Assembly: GCA_035717165.1 (NCBI GenBank)
Contig: DASTIX010000014.1
Location: forward strand, 503 to 64,502
Direction: 5' to 3'
DNA from: Candidatus Dormiibacterota bacterium
GTDB lineage: Bacteria; Chloroflexota; Dormibacteria; Dormibacterales; Dormibacteraceae
Length of the DNA: 64,000 nucleotides
The translations under genes were made by a program, and so were the position numbers. The notes under the pieces were generated by a model. It saw only the letters and a program-made list of their open reading frames with translations. It ran no database searches and was not told the origin of the DNA. Shown here in pieces: positions 1 to 9,133 of the stretch (within the stretch, counting starts at the first letter, position 1; the number at the start of each line of letters is the position of its first letter).

Positions 1-290
1 CCGCCGCTGCTGCTGGCATGCGTCGTTGCGCCACCACTTGCGCCGCCCGACCCACTGCCACCGCCGTTACCGCCTCCGCTGCCGCCCGTCCCGCCACCGC
101 CGTGCGTCTGCTCATGTCGCGTCGTAGGGCTGTCCTGGCGCTGAGCGACTGCGGATGCACTCGTGTGGTCCCGTGCCTTGCCCTGACCGTGACCGTTGTC
201 CGCGGCCAGAGCCGGTGACGTGCGAGCCAGCATGAGGAGGAGTCCGGCCATCAGGATGAAACCGTTTACCAGCAGGCGACGTGCAAGCAC
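1..290 (-). CDS. partial secreted Gly/Ser/Asn-rich protein (3' end runs off the left edge)
   Basis: Own translation of the minus strand; absent from the ORF track because it is truncated. GTG 290..288 gives VLARRLLVNGFILMAGLLLMLARTSPALA/ADNGHGQGKARDH...THGGGGTGGSGGGNGGGSGSGGASGG, open to nt 1. The N-terminus looks like a signal peptide. TTG 326 is an alternative start. Confidence 0.35.
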   Translation of the reverse strand, partial: MLARRLLVNGFILMAGLLLMLARTSPALAADNGHGQGKARDHTSASAVAQRQDSPTTRHEQTHGGGGTGGSGGGNGGGSGSGGASGGATTHASSSG

Positions 291-452
291 GGGCCGGCTG
301 GCGAGGTAATCGCCGAACGCTTCCAAATGCCCACCTCCACGTGGAAATGAGCGAAATGCCTCGCCGCAGTCCTGGACACGGACCCCGCAGCCTCGGGGAT
401 ATGTCGCAGAACGCCCCGCTCAGCGTTCCCTAGTAGGGCAATCCGCTTCGAA

Positions 453-1790
453 ATGGAAACGCAAACTTCATCAGTTCTAACCATGCGCGCGGCGACCAAC
501 AAGGAAGCCGTCGCTGCGTACGTCGAGGAAGTGCTCGCCGGCACAGGCTGGGAGCTAACAGGCGTTCACCGCCGAGGGACACGCCTCGAGCCGCCCGACT
601 CCTACTGGTCGCTGCTGAGCATCGACATTAATAAGGAAGATGAGGAGCGCGAGCTGCGGCTCGTGGCGAAGGGCGCTCTCAACCCGGAGGGCTGGGAGAG
701 ACTGAGCGCCCGGCTTGAGCGACTGGGCGCCGGCGGGCGCGTCGATCCACTCAACGGCGTCGGCACGCCTCGGCTATTTCCAGAGACACAGCACGCGTAC
801 TGGTTCTATCCCTTCGACCCGTCGATGCCGAACCTCGCGCTCGCCAACGACCCCGTTCGCGTCGCGTCGGTGCTCCTCGGAGTCGACAACACGTCGGACA
901 TTCTCGAAGCCTCGCGCAAACTGACGATCGAGCGCGTGCGCTATATGCCCGAGATCGTCGGCATCCTCCGCTACACACTCGACGTGCCGGGCCTCCCGGC
1001 GAGGATCTTCGGCAAGGTCCAACCCGGCGGCCGCGGACTGCGGGCGATCAACGTCGTCCAGGGGCTCTGGCGGACAGCCGTGAAGTATCCGGGCTACCTG
1101 AATCTTCCGCGACCGCTTGGTTACGTCGAGGAGATGGGAATGATGCTCGAGGAGGCGGTCAAAGGGCGCGCCGTCAGCGGCAAGCGGACGAGCGCGGAAT
1201 TCGAGATGTGCGGAACCGCCGCGGCCGAAGCCATCGCGGTCATCCACGAGTCAGATGTGACGACGGACATCAGGATCGACATCGAGCGTGAGGTCGCGCG
1301 CCTCGAACGCGTGATGGAGCAGTTCATGTACGTGCTGCCCGAGGGCCACTTTCTCCTCAAGGACTTGATCGCGCACATGCGCGAGCGCATCCGCAAGACG
1401 ACGGAAGAAGCGATCCTGCCGACGCACGGTGATCTCAAGTACGACCAGTTCCTGTTCCACAACGACACCTTCACGCTCCTCGACTTTGACTATTTCGCGA
1501 TGGCGGAGACGAGTTACGACCTGGGCAAGTTCTGCGGCTACCTGGTGCCGTCGCAGCCGCAGGACTGGTCGCAATCGGCTGCCGCTGAAGACGTGCGTGA
1601 CATCTTCATTCGTCGATATCGCGAGCTGCGGCCGCACGCCACGTTGCAGCGCTTTCAGGTGTACGAGGCGCTGAGCCTTGCGCTGCGCGCAATGGCGTAC
1701 ATGTGGACGCAGCTGCCGGGCTGGGAGCAGGGCGCCGAGTCGTTTCTCGTCCTGGCCTACGAGCGCCTGAAGAGCCGGCTGCCCGAATAG
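453..1790 (+). CDS. phosphotransferase (APH/choline-kinase-like kinase fold) family protein
   Basis: 445-aa ORF from ATG. Brenner-type catalytic motif HGDLKYDQF is followed by LLDFDY (metal-binding DFD). Confidence 0.7.
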   Translation: METQTSSVLTMRAATNKEAVAAYVEEVLAGTGWELTGVHRRGTRLEPPDSYWSLLSIDINKEDEERELRLVAKGALNPEGWERLSARLERLGAGGRVDPLNGVGTPRLFPETQHAYWFYPFDPSMPNLALANDPVRVASVLLGVDNTSDILEASRKLTIERVRYMPEIVGILRYTLDVPGLPARIFGKVQPGGRGLRAINVVQGLWRTAVKYPGYLNLPRPLGYVEEMGMMLEEAVKGRAVSGKRTSAEFEMCGTAAAEAIAVIHESDVTTDIRIDIEREVARLERVMEQFMYVLPEGHFLLKDLIAHMRERIRKTTEEAILPTHGDLKYDQFLFHNDTFTLLDFDYFAMAETSYDLGKFCGYLVPSQPQDWSQSAAAEDVRDIFIRRYRELRPHATLQRFQVYEALSLALRAMAYMWTQLPGWEQGAESFLVLAYERLKSRLPE

Positions 1791-1844
1791 TCGTCGCCGC
1801 CGGTCGCTCGGGGCGATCTTTACATCGCTTTACCTCATCCTCTT

Positions 1845-2501
1845 GTGCCGCGAGGGCAGCGAAGCCCAGACTTGGCAGCCTCGCCGATGCGTTTGGCTTC
1901 ATGGCTCGGGGGACTCGTAGTGGTCGGCGCGATCTTCTTGACCGCCGGCGCCGTGGCGAATGCGCATCACCGCGCGATCGCTCCGCGCGCCTTGGCGGCG
2001 TCGCACCAGACGGCCGTCGGGCTCACGGCTTACGACGAGCTTGACCCCGGCGCGGCTCCGCCGCAGCTGATCTCGCCAAGTCCAAGCCCTCCGCCTCCGG
2101 CGCCAGCACCGGCAGCGCCGCCCGCGCGTGCCGCGATCGTCATCGGTTCGACACAGCAGGCGCTGATCAACCAGGACCGGGCACGCAACGGCCTTGCGCC
2201 GTTGACGTGGAGCAGCTGCCTCTACAGCGTCGCGCGCGCGCAGGCCGCTCACCTCGCGCAGCCAGGTGTGACCTTCGCGCATTACGGCGGCGTGTACCAG
2301 GACCTCAACTGCCGCCTCGGTCCGCAGACGGGTGAGAACATCGGGTGGTGGTCGTTGGGCGTGAACGACACGCAGCTCAACACCATGTTCATGAACAGCG
2401 CGGAGCACCGCGCCAACATCCTCGGCCCCTACCACTACGTGGCGACCGCATGGGCGGTGGGGGCGAACGGTTACGGCTACATAGCCGTGGAGTTCGGCTA
2501 A
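1845..2501 (+). CDS. secreted CAP/SCP (YkwD-like) domain protein
   Basis: Signal anchor MRLASWLGGLVVVGAIFLTAGAVANA and a Pro/Ala linker precede a CAP-like core (ALINQDRARNGLAPLTW...ENIGWW...MFMNSAEHRANILGPYHYVATAW). ATG 1887 is an alternative start to GTG 1845. Confidence 0.75.
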   Translation: MPRGQRSPDLAASPMRLASWLGGLVVVGAIFLTAGAVANAHHRAIAPRALAASHQTAVGLTAYDELDPGAAPPQLISPSPSPPPPAPAPAAPPARAAIVIGSTQQALINQDRARNGLAPLTWSSCLYSVARAQAAHLAQPGVTFAHYGGVYQDLNCRLGPQTGENIGWWSLGVNDTQLNTMFMNSAEHRANILGPYHYVATAWAVGANGYGYIAVEFG

Positions 2502-2508
2502 ACCTTTT

Positions 2509-2570
2509 CCGGATAGGCGCGCCTATCGGGCGTTTGGGCCGCGCGTCGTACCCGATTAGCCGGCCAAACC
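2509..2570. repeat. 60-nt element copy A: 16-bp perfect palindrome GATAGGCGCGCCTATC (2512-2527), a variable GC-rich middle, then GCCAAACC (2563-2570)
   Basis: Read directly from the sequence. A second copy of identical length and ends lies at 12981-13040. This copy sits between the CAP-gene stop (2501) and the PBP start (2681). Confidence 0.6.
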
Positions 2571-2680
2571 GAGGTTCCCAGACCGCCGAGTAACCCGTTT
2601 TAACTCGGCGTTCTTAACTCGAAGCGCTCGGAACTGGCGTCAGTTCGGCCATGTGAGCGCTCGGAGGAGGAGCGCGAAGG

Positions 2681-4771
2681 GTGGCTACTCGACCGGCCGC
2701 AGGTGGCGGCCGACCTTCGCTTTGGACCCAGCCGATCGCATGGCTGTGGGCCAAGCGCGTGTGGATCGCATCGATCGTAGGTGTCCTGCTGGTCGGCTCG
2801 ACCCTGTACGTGCTGTGGGCCATCAAGGATCTGCCCGACCCGAGCCAGAACGTGCTCGCCGCGGGCGATGTGATCGTGCTCGATCGCAACGGCAAGCTGA
2901 TCGAGGACTGGAGTCCCGCCGGTCATTACCACGTGACTCTTGCCCTCGACCAGATGGGTCCATATGCGCCAAAGGCGGTGCTCGCCGCCGAGGACCGCAG
3001 CTTCTACACGCACGGTGCGGTGGATCCGACGTCGATCGCGCGCGCCGCGTGGGTCGACGTTTCGTCGGGTGGCGTCAACCAGGGCGGAAGCACCATCACC
3101 CAGCAGCTGGTGAAGATCCAGCTGCTGACGCCGCAGCGATCCTTCCAGCGGAAGATCCAGGAGGTCGTGCTCGCCATCGCGCTCGAGCAGCGCTATTCCA
3201 AGGATCAGATCCTCACGATGTATCTCAACCGCGTCTACTTCGGTCACGGCGCATATGGCGTCGGCGCCGCGGCGCGCACATATTTCAATAAGGACGCGAA
3301 GGACCTCTCGCCCGCGCAGGCGGCGTTTCTCGCGGGTCTCATCCAGGCGCCGTCGCTTTACGACCCGGTCCTGCACTACGACCTCGCACACGAGCGGGAG
3401 CAGTACGTCCTCCAGGGAATGGTGACCACCGGGGCTATGAGCCAGGCGGAAGCTGACAAGGCAGCCCAGGAAGACGTCAAGTCCGAGATGCAGATCCAGC
3501 CGTCCGCACGGCAGAGCCTCGCGCCGCACTTCGTCGATTACGTCCTTCAGCAGCTCGAGTCGATGTTCGGTGCGGCAGAGGTGCAGCAGGGCGGGATCGT
3601 CGTCCACACGACGCTCGACCTGAACATCCAGAAGATCGCGCAGGACGCGATCACGAACGGCGTCAAGGACCTGAAGCCGTACAACGTGAACAACGCCGCG
3701 CTGCTCGCCGCAGATCCGAAGAACGGCGAGATCCTCGCCTGGGTCGGTTCCGCCGACTACGGCAACGATGCGATCGGCGGCCAGTTCAATGTGGTTCTGT
3801 CACCGCGGCAGCCCGGCTCGTCGTTCAAGCCGTACGTCTATGAGGCCGCGCTGCGCGACCACAAGATCACATGGGCGACGGTCCTTCACGACTCACTGAC
3901 CAACTTCAACGGCTACATGCCGCGCGACTTCGACAACGGCGGATTTGGAAACATCCCCGCGAGCAAGGCGATCCTCTACTCACGCAACATCCCCGCGGTC
4001 CAGGTTGGTCAGATGGAAGGAATGAACAACGTCATCGACCTGGCGCACGCGATGGGAATCAAAAGTAAGCTGCAGCCCTACCTCTCAACGGCTATCGGGG
4101 CGAGTGACGTGACTCTCTACGAGCACGTCCAGGGTTATCAAACGTTCGCGAACCAGGGTCAGCGAATCGACCTCCGCGCTTTCACCGAGGTCGACGATTC
4201 GAGCGGTCACCCGGCGTTCAAATACGAGAACCCGACGAGCAACACGGTTCTGACACAAGCGGAGGCGTACCTCATGAACGACGTCCTCAAGCGCTATCAG
4301 ACGACCTGGGGCTTCGGCTGGAACCGGCAGATGGCGTCCAAGACCGGGACTAGCGACAACGGTAATGGGGGCATTCCCGACTCGTGGATCATGGCCTACA
4401 ACCCCGACATCGTCACGGGCGTCTGGGTCGGCAACACCGCGCCCAACGGCGGGGGCGGGCTGATCCACGCCTACGGGGAGAACGTCGGCCTGACCATCAT
4501 GAAGCGATTCATCAACCCGCTGCCTTCGAACATGCGCGACTGGTACACGAAGCCGGCGGGCGTTCAGCAGGGTTGCGGCAGCGACAACCTCGACCCGTTC
4601 CTGCCCGGCGCTTGCACGACGCAGGCGTCGCCCTCGTCGTCGGCAAGCCCATCGGCTGCACCCTCGGCCAGCCCATCGGCGATCCCGTCGGTGCTGCCTT
4701 CGGTCCTGCCGTCGGCATCGCCGTCGGCCCAGCCGTCGCCTTCACCGTCACCAAAACCATCGCCGAGTTGA
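2681..4771 (+). CDS. class A penicillin-binding protein (GT51 transglycosylase + transpeptidase), PBP1A family
   Basis: N-terminal TM segment. GT51 motifs EDRSFYTHGAVD and GGSTITQQLVK. Transpeptidase motifs SSFK (SxxK), SRN (SxN) and KTGTS. C-terminal Ser/Pro/Ala low-complexity tail. Confidence 0.9.
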   Translation: MATRPAAGGGRPSLWTQPIAWLWAKRVWIASIVGVLLVGSTLYVLWAIKDLPDPSQNVLAAGDVIVLDRNGKLIEDWSPAGHYHVTLALDQMGPYAPKAVLAAEDRSFYTHGAVDPTSIARAAWVDVSSGGVNQGGSTITQQLVKIQLLTPQRSFQRKIQEVVLAIALEQRYSKDQILTMYLNRVYFGHGAYGVGAAARTYFNKDAKDLSPAQAAFLAGLIQAPSLYDPVLHYDLAHEREQYVLQGMVTTGAMSQAEADKAAQEDVKSEMQIQPSARQSLAPHFVDYVLQQLESMFGAAEVQQGGIVVHTTLDLNIQKIAQDAITNGVKDLKPYNVNNAALLAADPKNGEILAWVGSADYGNDAIGGQFNVVLSPRQPGSSFKPYVYEAALRDHKITWATVLHDSLTNFNGYMPRDFDNGGFGNIPASKAILYSRNIPAVQVGQMEGMNNVIDLAHAMGIKSKLQPYLSTAIGASDVTLYEHVQGYQTFANQGQRIDLRAFTEVDDSSGHPAFKYENPTSNTVLTQAEAYLMNDVLKRYQTTWGFGWNRQMASKTGTSDNGNGGIPDSWIMAYNPDIVTGVWVGNTAPNGGGGLIHAYGENVGLTIMKRFINPLPSNMRDWYTKPAGVQQGCGSDNLDPFLPGACTTQASPSSSASPSAAPSASPSAIPSVLPSVLPSASPSAQPSPSPSPKPSPS

Positions 4772-6327
4772 TGTTGGCGATGAAACCATCGGAGTCGCCG
4801 TTCCTCGACAGCGTCGAACGTCGCCGTCCGGGCACTTCGCTGCGCAGCTACGTGATGAGGACGCTGCCCGAGAGCTCGCCCATCATCGTGGCCAACCGCG
4901 CGCCGCACGAGCCGCGGCCCGAGGGGGGGTTCACGCGCGGCGCCGGCGGCGTGATCACGGCGCTGCTGACGCTCGCGGAGGTTGCGGCCGCGGATTGGGT
5001 CGCGGTGGCGCGCACCGAAAGTGAGCGCGCTCTGATCGAGCAGCACGGCGCCGACTGGAACGCGCCGCTGATCCGCAACGAGACGCGTTTGCACTACGCG
5101 ACGCCGACGGCCGAGCAGTACGAGCAGTACTACTCCGTCATCTCCAACCCCGTGCTGTGGTTCGTCCAGCACTACCTGTGGGACCTCGCCAACCAACCGG
5201 TGATCAACGGCCGCATCCACCGCGCGTGGAAGAACGGCTACGTCGAGGTCAACAAGCAGGTGGCGCGTCGGGTCGTCGACGTCGCGCGCGGTCTGCCCGG
5301 CCGGCCGCTGGTCATGGTTCACGACTACCAGCTCTATCTCGTGCCGAAATTGGTGCGGGAGCAGCTGCACGGCGCGATCATCCAGCACTTCGTGCACATA
5401 CCCTGGCCGACGCCGCAGTACTGGAAGGTGCTGCCGCGCGAGATGCGCGACGCGATCCTGCGGGGGCTGCTCGGCTGCGACATCGTCGGCTTCCAGACCA
5501 GCCTCGACGTGCGCAACTTCCTCATGACGTGCGAGGAGAATGCCGGCCTCGCGGTCGACGAACGCGAGAAGGCCGTGCTCGTCGATGGCCGCGTCGTCTA
5601 CGCGCGTGCCTACCCGATATCGATCGACGTCGCCAGCACCACGCGTCTCTCGTACTCGCACGGTGTGATGGTCGAGGAGCGCAAGCTTCGCGACTGGCGA
5701 CCCGAGCACCTGATCGTGCGCATCGATCGCACCGATCCCTCGAAGAACATCGTGCGGGGTTTTCTCGCCTACGAAAAGCTGCTCGCCCATCACGCCGAGC
5801 TCAAGGGCCGGGTGCAGTTCTGGGCTTTTCTGCAGCCGTCCCGTCAGGACGTGGCCGCTTATCGCAACTACGTGCGCAAGGTGCGGCAGACCGTCCAGCG
5901 CATCAACGCGCAGTACGGCGCGCAGGGCTGGCTTCCGATCCGCCTCGAGCTCGGTGAGAGCGTGCGCAAGGCGATGGCGGCGATGCGCAACTTCGATGTG
6001 CTCGTCGTCAATTCCGTCTACGACGGCCTCAACCTCGTTTCCAAAGAAGGAGCGCTCGTGAACCGCACGGACGGCGTGATCGTTCTCTCCGAGAACGTCG
6101 GCTCACACGAAGAGCTTCAGCCGCACGTGCTCTCCGTCAACCCCTTCGACATCGAGGCGACCGCCAACGCCATGCACCAGGCGATCGTGATGGGCATGGA
6201 CGAAAAGCGGCGCCGCAACGAGGGTGCACGCGAGGTGATCCGCACCAACGACATCGCGCGCTGGATCACGCGCCAGGTCCAGGACATTCGCGACCTCGCC
6301 TCGCAGCCGGGACTCCGAGCCGGCTAA
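4771..6327 (+). CDS. otsA: alpha,alpha-trehalose-phosphate synthase (GT20)
   Basis: IIVANRAPHEP..GGV, WFVQHYLWD, VHDYQLYLVP and FVHIPWP are typical of GT20. ATG 4771 shares its A with the PBP stop TGA (TGATG). The longer ORF from 4384 overlaps the PBP tail and is rejected. Confidence 0.85.
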   Translation: MLAMKPSESPFLDSVERRRPGTSLRSYVMRTLPESSPIIVANRAPHEPRPEGGFTRGAGGVITALLTLAEVAAADWVAVARTESERALIEQHGADWNAPLIRNETRLHYATPTAEQYEQYYSVISNPVLWFVQHYLWDLANQPVINGRIHRAWKNGYVEVNKQVARRVVDVARGLPGRPLVMVHDYQLYLVPKLVREQLHGAIIQHFVHIPWPTPQYWKVLPREMRDAILRGLLGCDIVGFQTSLDVRNFLMTCEENAGLAVDEREKAVLVDGRVVYARAYPISIDVASTTRLSYSHGVMVEERKLRDWRPEHLIVRIDRTDPSKNIVRGFLAYEKLLAHHAELKGRVQFWAFLQPSRQDVAAYRNYVRKVRQTVQRINAQYGAQGWLPIRLELGESVRKAMAAMRNFDVLVVNSVYDGLNLVSKEGALVNRTDGVIVLSENVGSHEELQPHVLSVNPFDIEATANAMHQAIVMGMDEKRRRNEGAREVIRTNDIARWITRQVQDIRDLASQPGLRAG

Positions 6328-6395
6328 GACCCGCGTCAGTCCGGACTATCACTGCATCCGCGTCGCGCGGACCCGCAGTTAGTCCGGACTATCGC
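6328..6395. repeat. two ~25-nt direct repeats (6328-6352, 6370-6395), each containing the 10-bp palindrome AGTCCGGACT
   Basis: GACCCGCGTCAGTCCGGACTATCAC versus GACCCGCAGTTAGTCCGGACTATCGC. Located between the convergent otsA and yggT stops. The two copies can pair into a long hairpin, so a bidirectional terminator role is plausible. Confidence 0.5.
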
Positions 6396-6409
6396 GCAAA
6401 GGCCAGTGG

Positions 6410-6862
6410 CTAATATCCCCGCGGGCGCAGGCCGCCGGAGCGGTGCGCCACGGTGACGTTGCGGTAGAAGATGATCGCGATCAGGCGACCGACCGCCCAA
6501 CCGATCAACGCGTAGACGATGACCGCAAGCACCACCGACATCTCGAGCTGCGACTGATCGGTGCCGATCGTCGGCAGGATGTTCTTGAACGGCGCGAGGA
6601 AGAACGAGGTCACGTTGTAGACCCAGTTCGCAAACCCCGCGGTCGGGTTGGCACCGAGAAGCTTGAGCAGCAGGCGGATGATCAGCAAACCATCGATCAC
6701 GCCGAACACCAGGTAGACGAGCTGCACGGCACGCCAACCTGGGTTGAAGGTGCTCACGACCTCCGACTCCGAAGGCGGGATCGGTCCCTCGCTCACTGTC
6801 CGGTGCTCATAGACGCGGCCCGTCTCGGGGTCGCGTTCGACATCCATATCTCTTCGTTCCAC
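6410..6862 (-). CDS. yggT: YggT family membrane protein
   Basis: 150-aa ORF. RAVQLVYLVFGVIDGLLIIRLLLKLLGANP...FLAPFKNILP resembles the YGGT repeat architecture. Confidence 0.75.
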   Translation of the reverse strand: MERRDMDVERDPETGRVYEHRTVSEGPIPPSESEVVSTFNPGWRAVQLVYLVFGVIDGLLIIRLLLKLLGANPTAGFANWVYNVTSFFLAPFKNILPTIGTDQSQLEMSVVLAVIVYALIGWAVGRLIAIIFYRNVTVAHRSGGLRPRGY

Positions 6863-6904
6863 GGTTAACCCCCTCGGTTAAAAGAGATGAAGCAGACCTG
6901 AAAT

Positions 6905-6938
6905 GAAAAACGCCCGGGGTCGAATCGACACCCGGGCG
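6905..6938 (-). terminator. intrinsic terminator downstream of the DUF1906-type gene
   Basis: 8-bp GC stem CGCCCGGG/CCCGGGCG (6911-6918 / 6931-6938). On the minus strand it is followed by TTTTTC (6905-6910). Confidence 0.5.
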
Positions 6939-6971
6939 CGAACACAGGGGGAGATGTCTACAGAGTGAGCG

Positions 6972-8939
6972 TCACGGGTACCAGAGCGGCAGGGTGGCGA
7001 GCGCCTCATCGGAGTCGATGTTCGGGTTCGGGCTGTTGACGTCGATCTGGTACTGCCACGCCGCCACGGCGTCGGGGCAGCCCGTGTCGTAGGGAGACCA
7101 ACCCGGCGCGTTCGACTTCGACCAGCCGCCGTCCTCGAGCGAGGGCTCGAACGACCAGATGAAGGATCCGGTGGCGATCTGGGCCTGCTGGCTCTGCGCC
7201 TGGCACCATGCGGTCGCAAACTCGCTGCCGGAGGTCCCGTTGCCGTAATAGACGGGGACGTAGCCGGCGGTCGTGATGGTGTCGAACCAACCGCGGACGA
7301 AGTCGGCATCGACGGCGCCGCTGCAGTACGGGCCGGAAGGCTCGATGTCGATCGCGAGAACCCGGCCTTTGGGAATGCTCAAGGCCTGCGCCGCTGCGAT
7401 CGCGGCCTGCGCGTAACCGGTGGCCGTGTCGTAGCCTGCGACGTTGGAGCAGTCGAAGTCGTTGTAGATGGGAAGGATCGCCATGTGCTGGTCGTGCGCC
7501 AGCGCGACCTCGGCCGAGCTGATGGCGGGGCACACGGTCGTCGTCAGGTAGCGTCCCCAGAAATCAGGCGTGCCGACGCTCGACGCGACGCCGGGAAAGA
7601 TCTCGCCGGTCGGGTCGCCGGTGAAGGCCTTGCACGAGTCGACGCCCCACAGCAGCCGGGTCGGCTGCATGGCGGTCGACTGCGCCTGCACGTTGACCAG
7701 CGTCGTTGGCCCGCTCAACTTCTGGACGAGCTGCAGGACCTTGGCTTCGGTCCGCGCCGCCGGGACCGCGCCGACGACGGCGGTGAACTGCGGCGTGCTG
7801 GCCGACGTCATGGCCACGTCCGCGCTGCACGAGGCGGCTTTGCAGGGTGCCGCGACCAGGTGGCCGGACGCGTCGAGGATCCCCAGGCTCCACGGCGTGT
7901 TCGTCAGGTCGACGTTGGTGGTCGCGTCGAGGTGGATGATGCCTCCGGCCTGATACGTGGAGCTGCCCGTCAGCCCGACCGACAGCCAGGTCACCGAGAG
8001 CGGGTCTGACGTCGCCGGGCCGACGTGGGCGACGAATGCACGGCTTCCGCTCGCGGGCTCGCTGACCGACACGCTGCAGTTGGTGCCCCTGCTGCAGAAG
8101 GTGATGGGCGTGTTGGTGTCGGCGTCGAGTAGCTGGATCGAGTACCCGAACTGGTCGACGGGCACGGTCGAGGTCGCGGTGAGCGTCGCGATCTTGCCCG
8201 GTCCGACCGCCGCCTGGGTCGAGGCCAGAGTGACGCCGAGCCAGCCGACCGAGACCGCGTCCGAGGCGGTGGCCGAGCCGTCCGGCACACTGCCGGTCGG
8301 CGAACCGACGACGTAGGCCTTGAACCGGTGCACACCGGCGCCGGCCGAGTACCCCACGCTGCACTCGGTCCCCTGCGAGCAAGATCCGACCAACGTGCTC
8401 GTGGTCGTATCGAAGATCTCGAGCGCTCCTCCGCCTTTGATCGCGCCGGCCGCCGCGTTCGCGGTCAGCACGACGCTGCCTCCGGAGACGGTCGCGGGTG
8501 CGCTCGAGGCGAGCGTCAGAGTTGGGACGGCGGGCGCCGGCCGGATGGTCGCTACGGGGACGCTGGGTTCGACGGATGGATTGGTGGCCGGCGCGACGGC
8601 TGAGGTCGGGTCACTACACGCTGCGGGCGTGCTCAAGGCCGAGCTCGACGGACATGGCTGCGCGCCGTCCGGAGTCGAGGCGGTCCCGGGAGCGAGGTCG
8701 GCCGTGCCATCGCTCGTCAGGCACGACGCGCCCATGCCCGACGAGGGACATGGCTGGGCGCCGTCGGGGAGCGTGACCTGGAGGGCGTTTTCTGCCCCTG
8801 CCTGCGGCGAGCAGGCGCCCGCGCCCGTGCTGCAGTTGTTCACGGTGGCCGCTCTGGCTGTGGTCGGGCCGGCCATGAGCGGGCCAACCGCCATCGCAAG
8901 CGCGACAACAAACAACGCCTTGGAGCGAAGCGAGAACAC
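6972..8939 (-). CDS. secreted protein: signal peptide, three Ig-like repeat modules, C-terminal DUF1906 (glycoside-hydrolase-like) domain
   Basis: Signal peptide MFSLRSKALFVVALAMAVGPLMAGPTTARA. Three ~85-aa modules end in ...F.A.VG. The C-terminus (LLWGVDSC...FWGRYL...AILPIYNDFD...LAIDIEP...YVPVYYGNG) matches my memory of DUF1906. Confidence 0.7.
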   Translation of the reverse strand: MFSLRSKALFVVALAMAVGPLMAGPTTARAATVNNCSTGAGACSPQAGAENALQVTLPDGAQPCPSSGMGASCLTSDGTADLAPGTASTPDGAQPCPSSSALSTPAACSDPTSAVAPATNPSVEPSVPVATIRPAPAVPTLTLASSAPATVSGGSVVLTANAAAGAIKGGGALEIFDTTTSTLVGSCSQGTECSVGYSAGAGVHRFKAYVVGSPTGSVPDGSATASDAVSVGWLGVTLASTQAAVGPGKIATLTATSTVPVDQFGYSIQLLDADTNTPITFCSRGTNCSVSVSEPASGSRAFVAHVGPATSDPLSVTWLSVGLTGSSTYQAGGIIHLDATTNVDLTNTPWSLGILDASGHLVAAPCKAASCSADVAMTSASTPQFTAVVGAVPAARTEAKVLQLVQKLSGPTTLVNVQAQSTAMQPTRLLWGVDSCKAFTGDPTGEIFPGVASSVGTPDFWGRYLTTTVCPAISSAEVALAHDQHMAILPIYNDFDCSNVAGYDTATGYAQAAIAAAQALSIPKGRVLAIDIEPSGPYCSGAVDADFVRGWFDTITTAGYVPVYYGNGTSGSEFATAWCQAQSQQAQIATGSFIWSFEPSLEDGGWSKSNAPGWSPYDTGCPDAVAAWQYQIDVNSPNPNIDSDEALATLPLWYP

Positions 8940-9090
8940 TGGTACCCCCTGTGCGCGCGGCCAAAGGCAGCGCTAGTCGTCGGGGGCAACCTACGGAGGG
9001 CGCGGCAGCGCGCCGGAGGCGGGTGAGTTAAATAGCCTGAAGGCTTGTCAAAAGGCGACAAACGGCAGGAAAAGGGGCCGTTTTACAGCT

Positions 9091-9118
9091 GAAGCAGCCC
9101 GGGGCAGTGGGCTGCTTC
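9091..9118. terminator. 10-bp inverted repeat GAAGCAGCCC/GGGCTGCTTC, possible terminator
   Basis: Hairpin read from the sequence, lying between two minus-strand genes. No clear T-tract on either strand. Confidence 0.3.
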
Positions 9119-9133
9119 TATCGATAGAACGTC

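Noticed and set aside
4384-4770. Upstream extension of otsA
   Set aside because: It overlaps the PBP C-terminal region in another frame, is Arg/Gly-rich, and shows GT20 similarity only after about 4860.
6911-6938. tRNA-like T-loop sequence GGTCGAATC
   Set aside because: There is no acceptor, D or anticodon arm around it. It forms a simple 8-bp hairpin followed by a T-run on the minus strand, so it is called a terminator.
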